Part shown: positions 1-8,974 of the stretch, piece after piece | How the letters are laid out: each line of letters begins with the position of its first letter | Numbering within the stretch: position 1 is the first letter of the stretch | Assembly: GCA_029247315.1 (NCBI GenBank) | Contig: JAQWLM010000002.1 | Coordinates: forward strand, 201,785 to 265,784 | DNA from: Verrucomicrobiota bacterium | Lineage (GTDB): Bacteria > Verrucomicrobiota > Verrucomicrobiia > Limisphaerales > AAA164-E04 | Length of the DNA: 64,000 nt | Direction: 5' to 3' | Program-made: the position numbers and the translations under genes | The notes under the pieces: model-generated | What the model was told of the DNA's origin: nothing | The model's database searches: none | Seen by the model: the letters and a program-made list of their open reading frames with translations, nothing else

Positions 1-98
1 GAAATCATAAGCTACATGTGGCTGCATAGAAAATCAAAATAACAGGGCTACGTGCCGAATTGTCAGGAAGCGGAAATCATGCAGAATAGTCCCATGGT

Positions 99-710
99 AT
101 GAGCAAGCCTTCTTTCCATTTACGTCGTGCGACACTCGAAGATCTCGAATTACTGCGGGGACTTTGGCAGATTGCCCTCTTTTCCCATTCAGACCTGGAA
201 AAACACTTGACGGAATTTCAAGTGATTGAGGGAGACGATGGTCGCTTACTGGGAGCCATTGGGATCAGGATTCGCCAGGAGAATGCCTGGATCCATCACG
301 CTGCCTTTACGCGTCCACACACTGGAATTGCCCTGCGCGAGATACTTTGGGACCGACTCAAGTCCATGTTTCGCCAACACGGCGTGCATCGAATGTGGAT
401 ATCTCAATCCGAGGACTACTGGAGTGCCGTTGGATTCCGTACTCCAACGGCCGAAGAACGCAACAGCGTCCCCCCGCCGTTCGAAACCCTGGAAAAGACC
501 CTCAAGGTGTTTGTCCTGAGGGACGAAAAATCTCAAAGGATGATCGAGCGCAAAATGCTCGAACTCCAGTCGCTGCGTGAAGAGGAAACAGCACAACTGA
601 ATCACCGAACAAGATTGGCACGAATCATGGCGTGGTCGTTTACAGGTTTTTTCATCGTCATATTGATCTACCTTACACTGAGGAGCTTGATCGCCCTTCC
701 TCGACTGTGA
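99..710 (+). CDS. GNAT-like N-acetyltransferase domain protein with C-terminal transmembrane helix
   Basis: 203-aa ORF. The N-terminal ~140 aa look acetyltransferase-like (RRATLEDLELLRGLW, LLGAIGIRIRQENAWIHH, GIALREILWDRL). Hydrophobic tail FTGFFIVILIYLTL. The 3' end overlaps the convergent lipA 3' end by 38 nt. Confidence 0.5.
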   Translation: MSKPSFHLRRATLEDLELLRGLWQIALFSHSDLEKHLTEFQVIEGDDGRLLGAIGIRIRQENAWIHHAAFTRPHTGIALREILWDRLKSMFRQHGVHRMWISQSEDYWSAVGFRTPTAEERNSVPPPFETLEKTLKVFVLRDEKSQRMIERKMLELQSLREEETAQLNHRTRLARIMAWSFTGFFIVILIYLTLRSLIALPRL

Positions 711-1596
711 AACCTGCGTTAAAGGCATCTGCGTGATACGAACTTCGCACCATGGGACCACTCGCCACGTGCACAAACCCCATGGATTCAGCGCTGGATT
801 TCAGGCGATCAAAGGTTTCCGGACGAATGAAGGCCTTGACTGGTAGGTGCGTCAGAGAAGGCTGAAGATACTGACCAAGAGTCAGAATATCACAGTCCAC
901 ATGACGTAAATCCTTCATCACCTGAAGGATTTCCTCCTCAGTCTCCCCAAGGCCCAGCATGAGACCGGATTTTGTATAGACCCGGTAGGAAGCACGTTTC
1001 CTGACCATCCCAAGAAGGGAAAGCGACCGCTCGTAGATGGCCCTGGAGCGCACCGCAGGGGTAAGACGACGCACCGTTTCCATGTTGTGGTTGAACACGT
1101 GCGGTTCCGCCGACAGCACCTTGTCCACGGCTTCTTCCTTGAGCAGGAAATCAGGAGTCAGCACTTCAATCACCATCTCCGGCACACGTGAACGGACAGC
1201 TTGAATGGTCTGCGCGAAATGCTCCGCTCCCCCGTCAGCGAGATCATCCCTCGCGACGGCTGTGATCACAACATGCCGCAAATGCATCCTGGCGGCAGCC
1301 TCGGCCACACGTCCGGGCTCCTGCGCGTCCAGAGCCAGTGGTTTCAATGTAGAGATGGCACAGAATCCACACGCACGCGTGCACCGGTCGCCGGCAATCA
1401 TGAAAGAAGCCGTACCTTTACTCCAGCACTCCCAATGATTGGGACATTTGGCACTCTCGCAAACGGTATGAAGATTCAACTCTTCCAGCAGACCACGCGT
1501 CTGTGCAAATGTGTGCTCACTGGGCAGGGCACGCCTCAACCAAGCAGGTAAACGAGGACGTTGAGCCTTTTGAGTCGCATGCATCTCCATGGACAA
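673..1596 (-). CDS. lipA: lipoyl synthase
   Basis: 307 aa. Auxiliary-cluster motif CESAKCPNHWEC (CX4CX5C) and radical-SAM motif CTRACGFC (CX3CX2C). Typical LipA C-terminal half (SGLMLGLGET, TLGQYLQPS). Confidence 0.95.
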   Translation of the reverse strand: MSMEMHATQKAQRPRLPAWLRRALPSEHTFAQTRGLLEELNLHTVCESAKCPNHWECWSKGTASFMIAGDRCTRACGFCAISTLKPLALDAQEPGRVAEAAARMHLRHVVITAVARDDLADGGAEHFAQTIQAVRSRVPEMVIEVLTPDFLLKEEAVDKVLSAEPHVFNHNMETVRRLTPAVRSRAIYERSLSLLGMVRKRASYRVYTKSGLMLGLGETEEEILQVMKDLRHVDCDILTLGQYLQPSLTHLPVKAFIRPETFDRLKSSAESMGFVHVASGPMVRSSYHADAFNAGFTVEEGRSSSSV

Positions 1597-1608
1597 AACC
1601 TGAGTCGC

Positions 1609-1875
1609 TTAGTCAAGCTTGTCAAATCCTTTGGCCCGCCACCAGAGCTCCAGCTCGTCGACACCAAAATCAGCTAGCACTTCTCCGTTCACCTCGATAG
1701 AGGGAGTCATGTCGCGACCGGTAAGCTTTACCAGCTCGTGCATGCCATTCGGATTTGAGATGACTTCAATGGATTCAAAGTTCAGCCCTCGGGATTCAAG
1801 CCAATCGACAGCCTCATGGCACCATCCACAGTAGGATTTGATGAAAAGCCGGATGTTTAGTGTGTGGGTTGTCAT
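1609..1875 (-). CDS. glutaredoxin-like (YruB/NrdH-type) small redox protein
   Basis: 88 aa. Thioredoxin-fold layout with active-site CGWC near the N-terminus (IKSYCGWCHEAVDWLESRGLNFESIEV) and the cis-Pro region TPSIEVNGEVL. 12 nt upstream of lipA. Confidence 0.7.
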   Translation of the reverse strand: MTTHTLNIRLFIKSYCGWCHEAVDWLESRGLNFESIEVISNPNGMHELVKLTGRDMTPSIEVNGEVLADFGVDELELWWRAKGFDKLD

Positions 1876-1877
1876 AT

Positions 1878-2273
1878 TCAGGACTGTTTCGAGGAATGCG
1901 TGGGAGACTTGGGTTCGGTCACGACCGTGTCTTCGTGCTCATAACAAGGTGCACAGCAGCAAAGCAAGCGGAGCGACTGCTTTCCGGTATTCCACAGCTT
2001 GTGCCTCTTTCCGGGTGGAATGGCAATGGCATCACCAACCTGGACAACTTGCTCTTCATCCTCGATCCTCATCCTGCCCTGTCCCTCCAGAATGAAGTAG
2101 ATTTCCTCGCTGCGCTCATGAAAATGCTCATCCGTGGCACAGCCTGAAGGGAGCGTGGCTTCTGCAAGGCTTTGATTGCGAATGTTCGCGTTACGATATG
2201 CCATCAATTCGCGGATGTGCGAACCGTCCTTGGTGATAAAGGAATCCACTTGATTTAGGTTGACCACATTCAT
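1878..2273 (-). CDS. cupin domain protein
   Basis: 131 aa. Cupin motifs DEHFHERSEEIYFILEG and GDAIAIPPGKRHKLWNTG. Ends 2 nt before the glutaredoxin-like gene. Confidence 0.7.
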   Translation of the reverse strand: MNVVNLNQVDSFITKDGSHIRELMAYRNANIRNQSLAEATLPSGCATDEHFHERSEEIYFILEGQGRMRIEDEEQVVQVGDAIAIPPGKRHKLWNTGKQSLRLLCCCAPCYEHEDTVVTEPKSPTHSSKQS

Positions 2274-2380
2274 CTCGGATCAATCTACGGCATGTATAGC
2301 GTGAAGTGAACCCCCTTTCTGAATCGATGAGCCAACCCATCCATGCAGGCACTCCAATGGCAACATGGCCTTGACTCGAG

Positions 2381-2461
2381 ATTAGCATGCTTGTTAACTT
2401 TGTTTTTTTTAATTGAATTTTTAAGCATTATTTGCTCTATTGCTAATATTAAGGATTTTTT
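2381..2461 (+). promoter_or_regulatory. AT-rich putative promoter/leader region of the HTH-kinase-GalU trio
   Basis: About 80 nt, clearly more AT-rich than the surroundings (ttgttaactttgttttttttaattgaatttttaagcattatttgctctattgctaatattaaggatttttt). AAGGA lies 7 nt before ATG 2462. TTGAAT- and TAATAT-like hexamers are present, but I cannot assign exact -35/-10 boxes. Confidence 0.35.
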
Positions 2462-3754
2462 ATGTTGTTTTCGAAATTGTTTTTGCAAATCACACCAAAT
2501 GCAACAGGCGCTGAACTAGCGCGCTTGCTGGGTAAATCAAAACCTTATGTCGCGCAAATTCGCACAGGGAACAGGATTCCTACGGATGAAGATATCATCC
2601 TTCTCGCCAACCATTTTGCGAAGGATCGTCTCGAAGAACTGCTGCTTTCAGCCTATTATGACCGCATTGAAGGAAGGGATTTCAAGGACGTCACCCTGAA
2701 AGAAAAAGGCGCAGCAGCCCTGAAAAAACTCCTGCGCAAGTCCAGTCCCGGGATAGTATGTCAAGGTGAACGCACCTTTAAGGATTTTCCAGGCCAGTTT
2801 TCCCCGCTGGCCATTATCACGGGTGACAAACGAGAAACTCGGGGACGTCACATTGGCGCAGGTGATTTCGGGGTGCACGCCACAACGACAGCGGACAGCC
2901 GGTGGTTGATGAGTCTGGGTCTGGAACAGGACGCAGTGCATTACATCGACAAGGATTTCGTATTACTGGAGGAAGATGTCCTGATCGAGCGCTTTGCCGA
3001 AAAAAACCTACTGGTGATAGGCAGCCCTGCGGTGAATCATCTTTCCCGACGCATCAACCGTTCCTCTATCTTCCGTTTCAACATCAATAGCGAGGTCGAT
3101 GAAGGGCTTGAAAGCATCATTAGAAAGGCAAAGACCAAATCAACGTCCAAGGATGAGCTGGCCCTTTTCTATCAGGAATCCGTTGAGGACCTGACCAAAC
3201 TCATGCGTTACCTGTTCGTCGGTGGCATCGTAGACCCCAGCTATCCCAAAGGAGATTACATCACCTCAACCTACCACCAGATACCTGGTAATACGGACCT
3301 CGATTTTGGGGTGCTTTCCTTTGCAGCAAACCCATTCTACGACATGAAATGCAGGGCGGAGGGACGCCCAAATGATCATCGCTTCGTGTCCATCTTTGCC
3401 GCAGGCGTCCATCACCCCGCAACCGCACACGCCATTCGACAGCTTGGATCCTTTGGCAAAGAAGAAAGGGTATTCGATCAGCATCCCTTCGGCGGGGTTT
3501 TTCGCGTGGAGTTGAACCTGGAACAAACATTTTATTCCGACCGGGTTGGCAATGGCACCTTCCTCTGGGAAGATGACGCAGACGACCAACGCACCCCCAT
3601 CGCCGATCAGGGTGAATGCCTTATTTCCGAACTGGAGTATATCGAGAATGAACGACGCCTGGAAAACCTGAATACCCTGCAAATCAGGCCCGATCATGCC
3701 TTGAAGGCACGCCGACTTTTGGAGACGTTGATCAAAACCGGGACCCACTCATGA
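2462..3754 (+). CDS. XRE-type helix-turn-helix protein with uncharacterised ~350-aa C-terminal domain
   Basis: 430-aa ORF. N-terminal HTH (TGAELARLLGKSKPYVAQIRTGNRIPTDEDIILLANHF). I recognise no family in the remainder (NLLVIGSPAVNHLSRRIN, VSIFAAGVHHPATAHAIRQLG). The stop overlaps the next start (ATGA at 3751-3754). Confidence 0.6.
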   Translation: MLFSKLFLQITPNATGAELARLLGKSKPYVAQIRTGNRIPTDEDIILLANHFAKDRLEELLLSAYYDRIEGRDFKDVTLKEKGAAALKKLLRKSSPGIVCQGERTFKDFPGQFSPLAIITGDKRETRGRHIGAGDFGVHATTTADSRWLMSLGLEQDAVHYIDKDFVLLEEDVLIERFAEKNLLVIGSPAVNHLSRRINRSSIFRFNINSEVDEGLESIIRKAKTKSTSKDELALFYQESVEDLTKLMRYLFVGGIVDPSYPKGDYITSTYHQIPGNTDLDFGVLSFAANPFYDMKCRAEGRPNDHRFVSIFAAGVHHPATAHAIRQLGSFGKEERVFDQHPFGGVFRVELNLEQTFYSDRVGNGTFLWEDDADDQRTPIADQGECLISELEYIENERRLENLNTLQIRPDHALKARRLLETLIKTGTHS

Positions 3755-4782
3755 AAAAACGCCATATCAAGACATGCGCCCATCCTCGCGTGGGATTGGT
3801 TGGAAATCCGAGCGACGGATACTTTGGCCGAACCATTGCCTTTACCTTTACCAACTTCAAGGCAGACATACTGCTGGGTGAGGATTCCACACGTATCAGT
3901 TTCGTCAACAGGGAATCAGAGTTTCAATCCGTGGATGACCTCTGTTCCGATATCCGTATGCATGGCTACTATGGGGGCATCCGGCTGCTCAAGGCCGCCA
4001 TCAAAAGATTCAGAGACTACTGCCGCACCACGGGGCTGGAAGTTGATTTCTCAAGAAAATTCAAGATGGCCTATACATCCGACATTCCACAGCAGGTTGG
4101 GCTTGCTGGGTCCAGTGCCATCATTCTCGCCACTTTCAGGGCCTTGATGGCATTTTACGAAGTGACAATCGATTTTAAGATTCTGCCAGGACTGGTGCGG
4201 GAAGTAGAAACCCTCGAGCTCAAGATACCCGCTGGACTGCAGGATCGTGTGGCCCAAGTCTACGATGATTTCGTTTTCATGGACTTCAACAGGGAACACA
4301 TGGAACAAGAGGGTCATGGGCGCTATGAAACTCTCAAGATACCCAGCATGCCGCTTTTCTACGTAGCTTATCGCAGTGACATGTCGGAGGGAACAGAGAT
4401 TTCCCACAATCGATTAAGGTATAAATATGATGAGGGCGACGAGGATGCACATAAGGCCATGGAGTTTTGGTCCAATCTGACACTGACGGCCAGAAAAGCT
4501 CTCGAGGAGGGAGATTCAAAGGGATTATTCAGCTGTATCAACGCCAATTTCGACACTCGCAGAGAGCTTTATAAGAAACTTAAAATTCCGATCAAGCAAG
4601 AGAACCTGAACATGGTCCAATGGGCGCGAGAGATGGGTGCAAGTGCCAAATTTGCTGGATCAGGCGGTGCCATCGTGGGCACCTACCAGGAGGCCTCAGA
4701 TTTCACGAAGTTGAAAAAGCACCTTGAAAACCGCGGTATCAAAGTCCTCAAACCCAACTTGAGAAAGGATAAAACAGCTTGA
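3751..4782 (+). CDS. GHMP-family sugar-1-kinase, glucuronokinase-like
   Basis: 343 aa. GHMP motif II PQQVGLAGSSAIILA and motif III KFAGSGGAIVG. The blocks GNPSDGYFGRTIAF, GYYGGIRLL and AGLQDRVAQVY recall the plant glucuronokinase subfamily (from memory, not searched). Confidence 0.7.
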   Translation: MKKRHIKTCAHPRVGLVGNPSDGYFGRTIAFTFTNFKADILLGEDSTRISFVNRESEFQSVDDLCSDIRMHGYYGGIRLLKAAIKRFRDYCRTTGLEVDFSRKFKMAYTSDIPQQVGLAGSSAIILATFRALMAFYEVTIDFKILPGLVREVETLELKIPAGLQDRVAQVYDDFVFMDFNREHMEQEGHGRYETLKIPSMPLFYVAYRSDMSEGTEISHNRLRYKYDEGDEDAHKAMEFWSNLTLTARKALEEGDSKGLFSCINANFDTRRELYKKLKIPIKQENLNMVQWAREMGASAKFAGSGGAIVGTYQEASDFTKLKKHLENRGIKVLKPNLRKDKTA

Positions 4783-5645
4783 TCCGCAAAGCCGTCATTC
4801 CAGCAGCAGGTTTTGGCACACGCTTCCTGCCCGCATCGAAATCCATTCCCAAGGAAATGATCCCCGTGGTGGATAAACCCACGATACAATATGTCGTGGA
4901 AGAAGCCGTGCAGGCGGGAATAGAGGAAATCCTGGTGATCGTAAGTAGCGGCAAAGACGCCATCAGAGAGCACTTCGCCCCACATGATGCATTGGAGCAC
5001 TTGCTCGAGAAGAAGGGAAAAGCAAAGGAGTTGAAGTGTGTACGTTCGCTATCGGACATGGCTAAGATGCACTACGTGCATCAGGAATCCATGCGAGGTC
5101 TCGGGGATGCCATACGTTATGCAAAGGATTTTGCAGATGGTGATCCTTTCGCCATCCTGCTTGGCGACACCGTGATCCGCTCCCATACAAAGATCTCCGT
5201 GCTTCAGTCCATGGTGCAAATCCATGACAAACATGAGAGCTCGGTCATCGCCCTCAGGGCCATGCCGCGTTCCAGCATCAGTCAGTATGGCGTGATTTCG
5301 GGAAAAGCGATCGGGGATCGACTCTTTGAAATTGATCAACTGGTCGAAAAACCCGATGCAGCCCAGGCCCCCAGCCTGCTGGCAGTGTCGGCTCGATACA
5401 TCGTCACTTCTCGTATTTTTGAACACCTCGAGGACACACGACCAGGGTTCGGGGGTGAGATCCAGATCACGGATGCCCTCAACACTCTGGCACAGAGAGA
5501 AAAAATGCTGGGTTTTCAATTTGAAGGGGAACGACTGGATATTGGTAACAAGCTTGAGTTCATTAAAAGCAATGTGCTCATGGGCTTGGAGCAACCCGAC
5601 ATGAAGGCGGATCTTGAAGATTTTCTCAGGAAATTGATCGACTGA
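4779..5645 (+). CDS. galU: UTP--glucose-1-phosphate uridylyltransferase (GalU-type UDP-sugar pyrophosphorylase)
   Basis: 288 aa. IRKAVIPAAGFGTRFLPASKSIPKEMIPVVDKPTIQYVVEEAVQAGIEEI is the GalU N-terminal signature. The TTG start overlaps the kinase stop (TTGA at 4779-4782). Confidence 0.85.
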   Translation: MIRKAVIPAAGFGTRFLPASKSIPKEMIPVVDKPTIQYVVEEAVQAGIEEILVIVSSGKDAIREHFAPHDALEHLLEKKGKAKELKCVRSLSDMAKMHYVHQESMRGLGDAIRYAKDFADGDPFAILLGDTVIRSHTKISVLQSMVQIHDKHESSVIALRAMPRSSISQYGVISGKAIGDRLFEIDQLVEKPDAAQAPSLLAVSARYIVTSRIFEHLEDTRPGFGGEIQITDALNTLAQREKMLGFQFEGERLDIGNKLEFIKSNVLMGLEQPDMKADLEDFLRKLID

Positions 5646-5844
5646 ATGCACGGATGACAAAAAGAAGAGGTAACTCCTGCGGGAATCCTCAATCGGCAAT
5701 GTCAGGAAAGAGGGGGGCAAAGCGTTTAACCGTGACAACTAAACCCTAAGTAACCCGAAGTGATGCAAACAATCAAGGCACGCAGGTGGCACAGCTTACG
5801 GTAATGGACCAGGTTTCTTGATCACCTCACCCACACCGAAAACC

Positions 5845-6453
5845 ATGTACATCATCAAATACCTCATTCCATCAGCACTCCTCCTGAGCACTTTCATTTT
5901 GATCTCGACCAAGCTCAAGGGTGAGCGCGGCGATTATTATCAACAAAGCCACAAGGAAATGGTGGGCAGGTTCGATCTGGACGGTGACGGATTCCTTGAT
6001 CGTGAGGAAAGGGAAAAAATGCGGGCCACGCCAAAACCAGCTGGCAAACAATTTAAACGCGGCAGGGAGAAAAAGAGAGTGCGAAGAGACATGCCACGCC
6101 ATTGGATCGAAAAATACGACAAGGACGGGGATGGTGGACTTTCTGATAATGAAGCAGGGATGGGCTACAGGGCCGAACTCAAGCGACTGTTCATGGTTTA
6201 TGACACCAACAAGAATGACAGGCTGGACCCTGAGGAAACAGCCCGTCTTGCCGGGAATATCGAGGCAGGCAAATATGCAAGCTGGGATCATTCTGTTGCC
6301 AACGAAACCCTGAAGGAGGCCACCCGCGACGATAGCCAGGAAAAACGAAACCTGAGCAGACGACAACGAGCGTGGCTCAGGGAGGATCTGGATGGGGATG
6401 GTCGGGCCAGTGAAGAGGAAATTGCCACCATTCGAAACAAGGAGCGAAAGTGA
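5845..6453 (+). CDS. secreted/membrane-anchored EF-hand calcium-binding protein (four EF loops)
   Basis: N-terminal hydrophobic segment YLIPSALLLSTFILIS. Four 12-residue EF loops: DLDGDGFLDREE, DKDGDGGLSDNE, DTNKNDRLDPEE, DLDGDGRASEEE. ATG 5845 is preferred over the TTG at 5818 in the ORF track. Confidence 0.75.
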   Translation: MYIIKYLIPSALLLSTFILISTKLKGERGDYYQQSHKEMVGRFDLDGDGFLDREEREKMRATPKPAGKQFKRGREKKRVRRDMPRHWIEKYDKDGDGGLSDNEAGMGYRAELKRLFMVYDTNKNDRLDPEETARLAGNIEAGKYASWDHSVANETLKEATRDDSQEKRNLSRRQRAWLREDLDGDGRASEEEIATIRNKERK

Positions 6454-6488
6454 TCAGGACCTGCATCCATCCAGTATCTCTTTGGCAC

Positions 6489-8948
6489 ATGTGGTGGCCG
6501 ACTTGTTTTCTGCTTTCAATAAACCTGATCATCTGCGCGCACGCCCAGGAAGCCAGGCCGGCTGGCAACTCAAGCCTCGAACAGGTTGTGATCAGTGAAT
6601 TCCTGGCGATCAATGAAGCAGGAATGAGGGATGATGATGGAGATCTTTGCGACTGGATTGAGTTGCACAACACGGGTGATGCTATCGTCGACTTGACTGA
6701 CTGTTTCCTGACAGATGAGATCGACATGCCCATCAAATGGAAACTGCCGACTCTCCTTATGGAGGCTGGAGAATATGTGCTCATCTTCGCCTCGGGAAAA
6801 GATCGCAGAGACTCCAAAGACCCACTACACACCAACTTTAGCCTGAATGGAGACGGGGAGTATCTCGCCCTGGTGGACCCTGATGGTGAAAGTATCCTGC
6901 ACGGTTTTGGTCCATCCTACCCCAAGCAGAAAAAGGATACTTCCTTCGGTCTACCACCCGAGTGGCATCACGGGACGGGATCTGCGAGTAAACCTGGCTT
7001 CCTGTTGAAACCCAGTCCTGGAGCACCGAACAAAGCGAGATCCTCAGGTAAGGTCAAAGCCGTAAAGTGGAGTCATGACCGTGGTTTTTACAGGAAAGCC
7101 TTCAGATTAAAGCTCACCACATCCACGCCGAATGCACGCATCTATTATACCACCGACGGATCCATACCCGATCAGAAGGCTCGGCCCTACAGTCAACCTT
7201 TGAATCTGCACCAGACAAGCACCCTGCGCGTCAGGGCCTTCAAAAAAGGAAACCGACCCTCTAATATCAAAACCCAGACCTTCCTCTTTCCCGGGGATAT
7301 CATTCACCAGTCACCCGACGGCTTGCCCCCTGTAGGTTTCCCTTATCACTGGGGACGCAACCGGGTGGATTACGGCATGGATCCACGGGTAGTCAATGAT
7401 CCAGACTATCGTGATGAAATTGTCCATGGACTGGAATCGCTTCCCTCCTATTCCATTGTAACAGATATGGACCATCTGTTTGACACCCAGAAGGGTATCT
7501 ATGCCAATGCGCAAAATGATGGTCGTGAATGGGAGCGTCCCGCATCAGTGGAACTCCTGCTTGCCGATGGTCGTGATGGATTCCAAATCGATTGCGGCAT
7601 TCGCATAAGAGGAGGCTTCAGCCGACGGGCCGACAATGCGAAACACGCCTTCAGGCTCTTTTTTCGGGATACCTACGGTAAAGCCAAACTCCAATACCCG
7701 CTTTTTGGCAATGAAGGGGCCAAGTCCTTTGATAACCTCGACCTTCGTTGTTCCTCCAACTACGCGTGGAGCATGGGAGGGGATCCTCATGCCGCCTTAT
7801 GCCGCGACCAGATCAATCGGGATCTGCAACTCTCGCTTGGACATCCGGCAATGCGTGGGTATTTTTGTCACCTTTACATCAATGGCCACTACTGGGGGCT
7901 TTACAACACCTGCGAGCGACCCAAGGCAGGTTATGGAAAGAGCTATTTCGGAGGCAAAAAAGAAGATTATGATGCCGTAAAGGTCAGTAAGGATCGAGGA
8001 GGCATCATGGCAACCGACGGTAACCTTGATGCATGGCGCCGCATTTATAATATCGCAAGGGCCGGCTTGAAGGACAATGCAGCCTACTTTGGACTGGAGG
8101 GAAAAAATGCAAATGGAATCAATGATCCCACCCAAGAAGTCCTGGTCGACATCGACAATGTCATCGACTATGCCCTGGTCATTTTTTACGGGGGCAACCT
8201 TGATGCAGCCATCACTTGGTTTGGCAGAAATCGATGGCATAACAACTGGCATGGTATCCGTAACCGCAAGAGCAGGGACGGCTTCAAGTTTTTCATCTGG
8301 GATGCGGAGCATACCTTTCTTCTGTCAGGCATGAATAAAGGACTTTACGAAGATCGCACAGGACCCTTTGGATCAGGCGAACAATTTGGCTCCAGCAATC
8401 CCCAATGGCTGTGGCAACAATGCCTGGATAACGCTGAATTTCGCATACGCGCATCGGATCGAATCCATGCACTTTTTCATGATGGGGGCTTACTCACCCC
8501 CGAACCGGTCAGGCAGATTGTGACGGATCGCATGCTTGAGATACAGTCAGCCGTGATCTGCGAATCCGCAAGATGGGGTGATAGTTCACGATCTGACACC
8601 CCCCCACGGACCCGCAATGATGACTGGCAAAAGGAAATGGACCGTATTCTCAATGTTTATATCCCACAGCGCAGTGACATTGTGCTGGCGCAACTTTTTC
8701 GCCAGGGGATCATTCCGGATTTCGATCCGCCCAGCATGGTCAGAACCCATGACACGCTCACCATGAAAACACCCCGCGGAACGATCTACTACACCGAGGA
8801 TGGAACCGATCCCCGGCAGATTGGGGGTTCCGTTGCAGGGAGTGCAATCAAGTATCATGCTCCCTTAACCGCAGGCGAAGGCAGACACATCAAGGCTCGC
8901 GCTCGATATCGAAATGAGTGGAGTGTCCTGAAAACCACCAAATTTTAG
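6489..8948 (+). CDS. CotH kinase-family protein with N-terminal lamin-tail domain and chitobiase/HEX C-terminal-like modules
   Basis: Signal peptide MWWPTCFLLSINLIICAHAQE. LTD-like VVISEFLAINE...DWIELHNTGDAIVDLTDCFLTDE. CotH core YFCHLYINGHYWGLYNTCERP. ARIYYTTDGSIPD and GTIYYTEDGTDP modules. ATG 6489 is preferred over GTG 6450. Confidence 0.8.
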   Translation: MWWPTCFLLSINLIICAHAQEARPAGNSSLEQVVISEFLAINEAGMRDDDGDLCDWIELHNTGDAIVDLTDCFLTDEIDMPIKWKLPTLLMEAGEYVLIFASGKDRRDSKDPLHTNFSLNGDGEYLALVDPDGESILHGFGPSYPKQKKDTSFGLPPEWHHGTGSASKPGFLLKPSPGAPNKARSSGKVKAVKWSHDRGFYRKAFRLKLTTSTPNARIYYTTDGSIPDQKARPYSQPLNLHQTSTLRVRAFKKGNRPSNIKTQTFLFPGDIIHQSPDGLPPVGFPYHWGRNRVDYGMDPRVVNDPDYRDEIVHGLESLPSYSIVTDMDHLFDTQKGIYANAQNDGREWERPASVELLLADGRDGFQIDCGIRIRGGFSRRADNAKHAFRLFFRDTYGKAKLQYPLFGNEGAKSFDNLDLRCSSNYAWSMGGDPHAALCRDQINRDLQLSLGHPAMRGYFCHLYINGHYWGLYNTCERPKAGYGKSYFGGKKEDYDAVKVSKDRGGIMATDGNLDAWRRIYNIARAGLKDNAAYFGLEGKNANGINDPTQEVLVDIDNVIDYALVIFYGGNLDAAITWFGRNRWHNNWHGIRNRKSRDGFKFFIWDAEHTFLLSGMNKGLYEDRTGPFGSGEQFGSSNPQWLWQQCLDNAEFRIRASDRIHALFHDGGLLTPEPVRQIVTDRMLEIQSAVICESARWGDSSRSDTPPRTRNDDWQKEMDRILNVYIPQRSDIVLAQLFRQGIIPDFDPPSMVRTHDTLTMKTPRGTIYYTEDGTDPRQIGGSVAGSAIKYHAPLTAGEGRHIKARARYRNEWSVLKTTKF

Positions 8949-8974
8949 CAAGTGCAATGGAGTGATGACGCAAA

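Noticed and set aside
6450-6453. GTGA stop/start overlap between the EF-hand gene and the CotH gene as proof of translational coupling.
   Set aside because: The signal peptide begins at ATG 6489, which is the more plausible start. Adjacency stands, but the overlap itself is probably an ORF-caller artefact.
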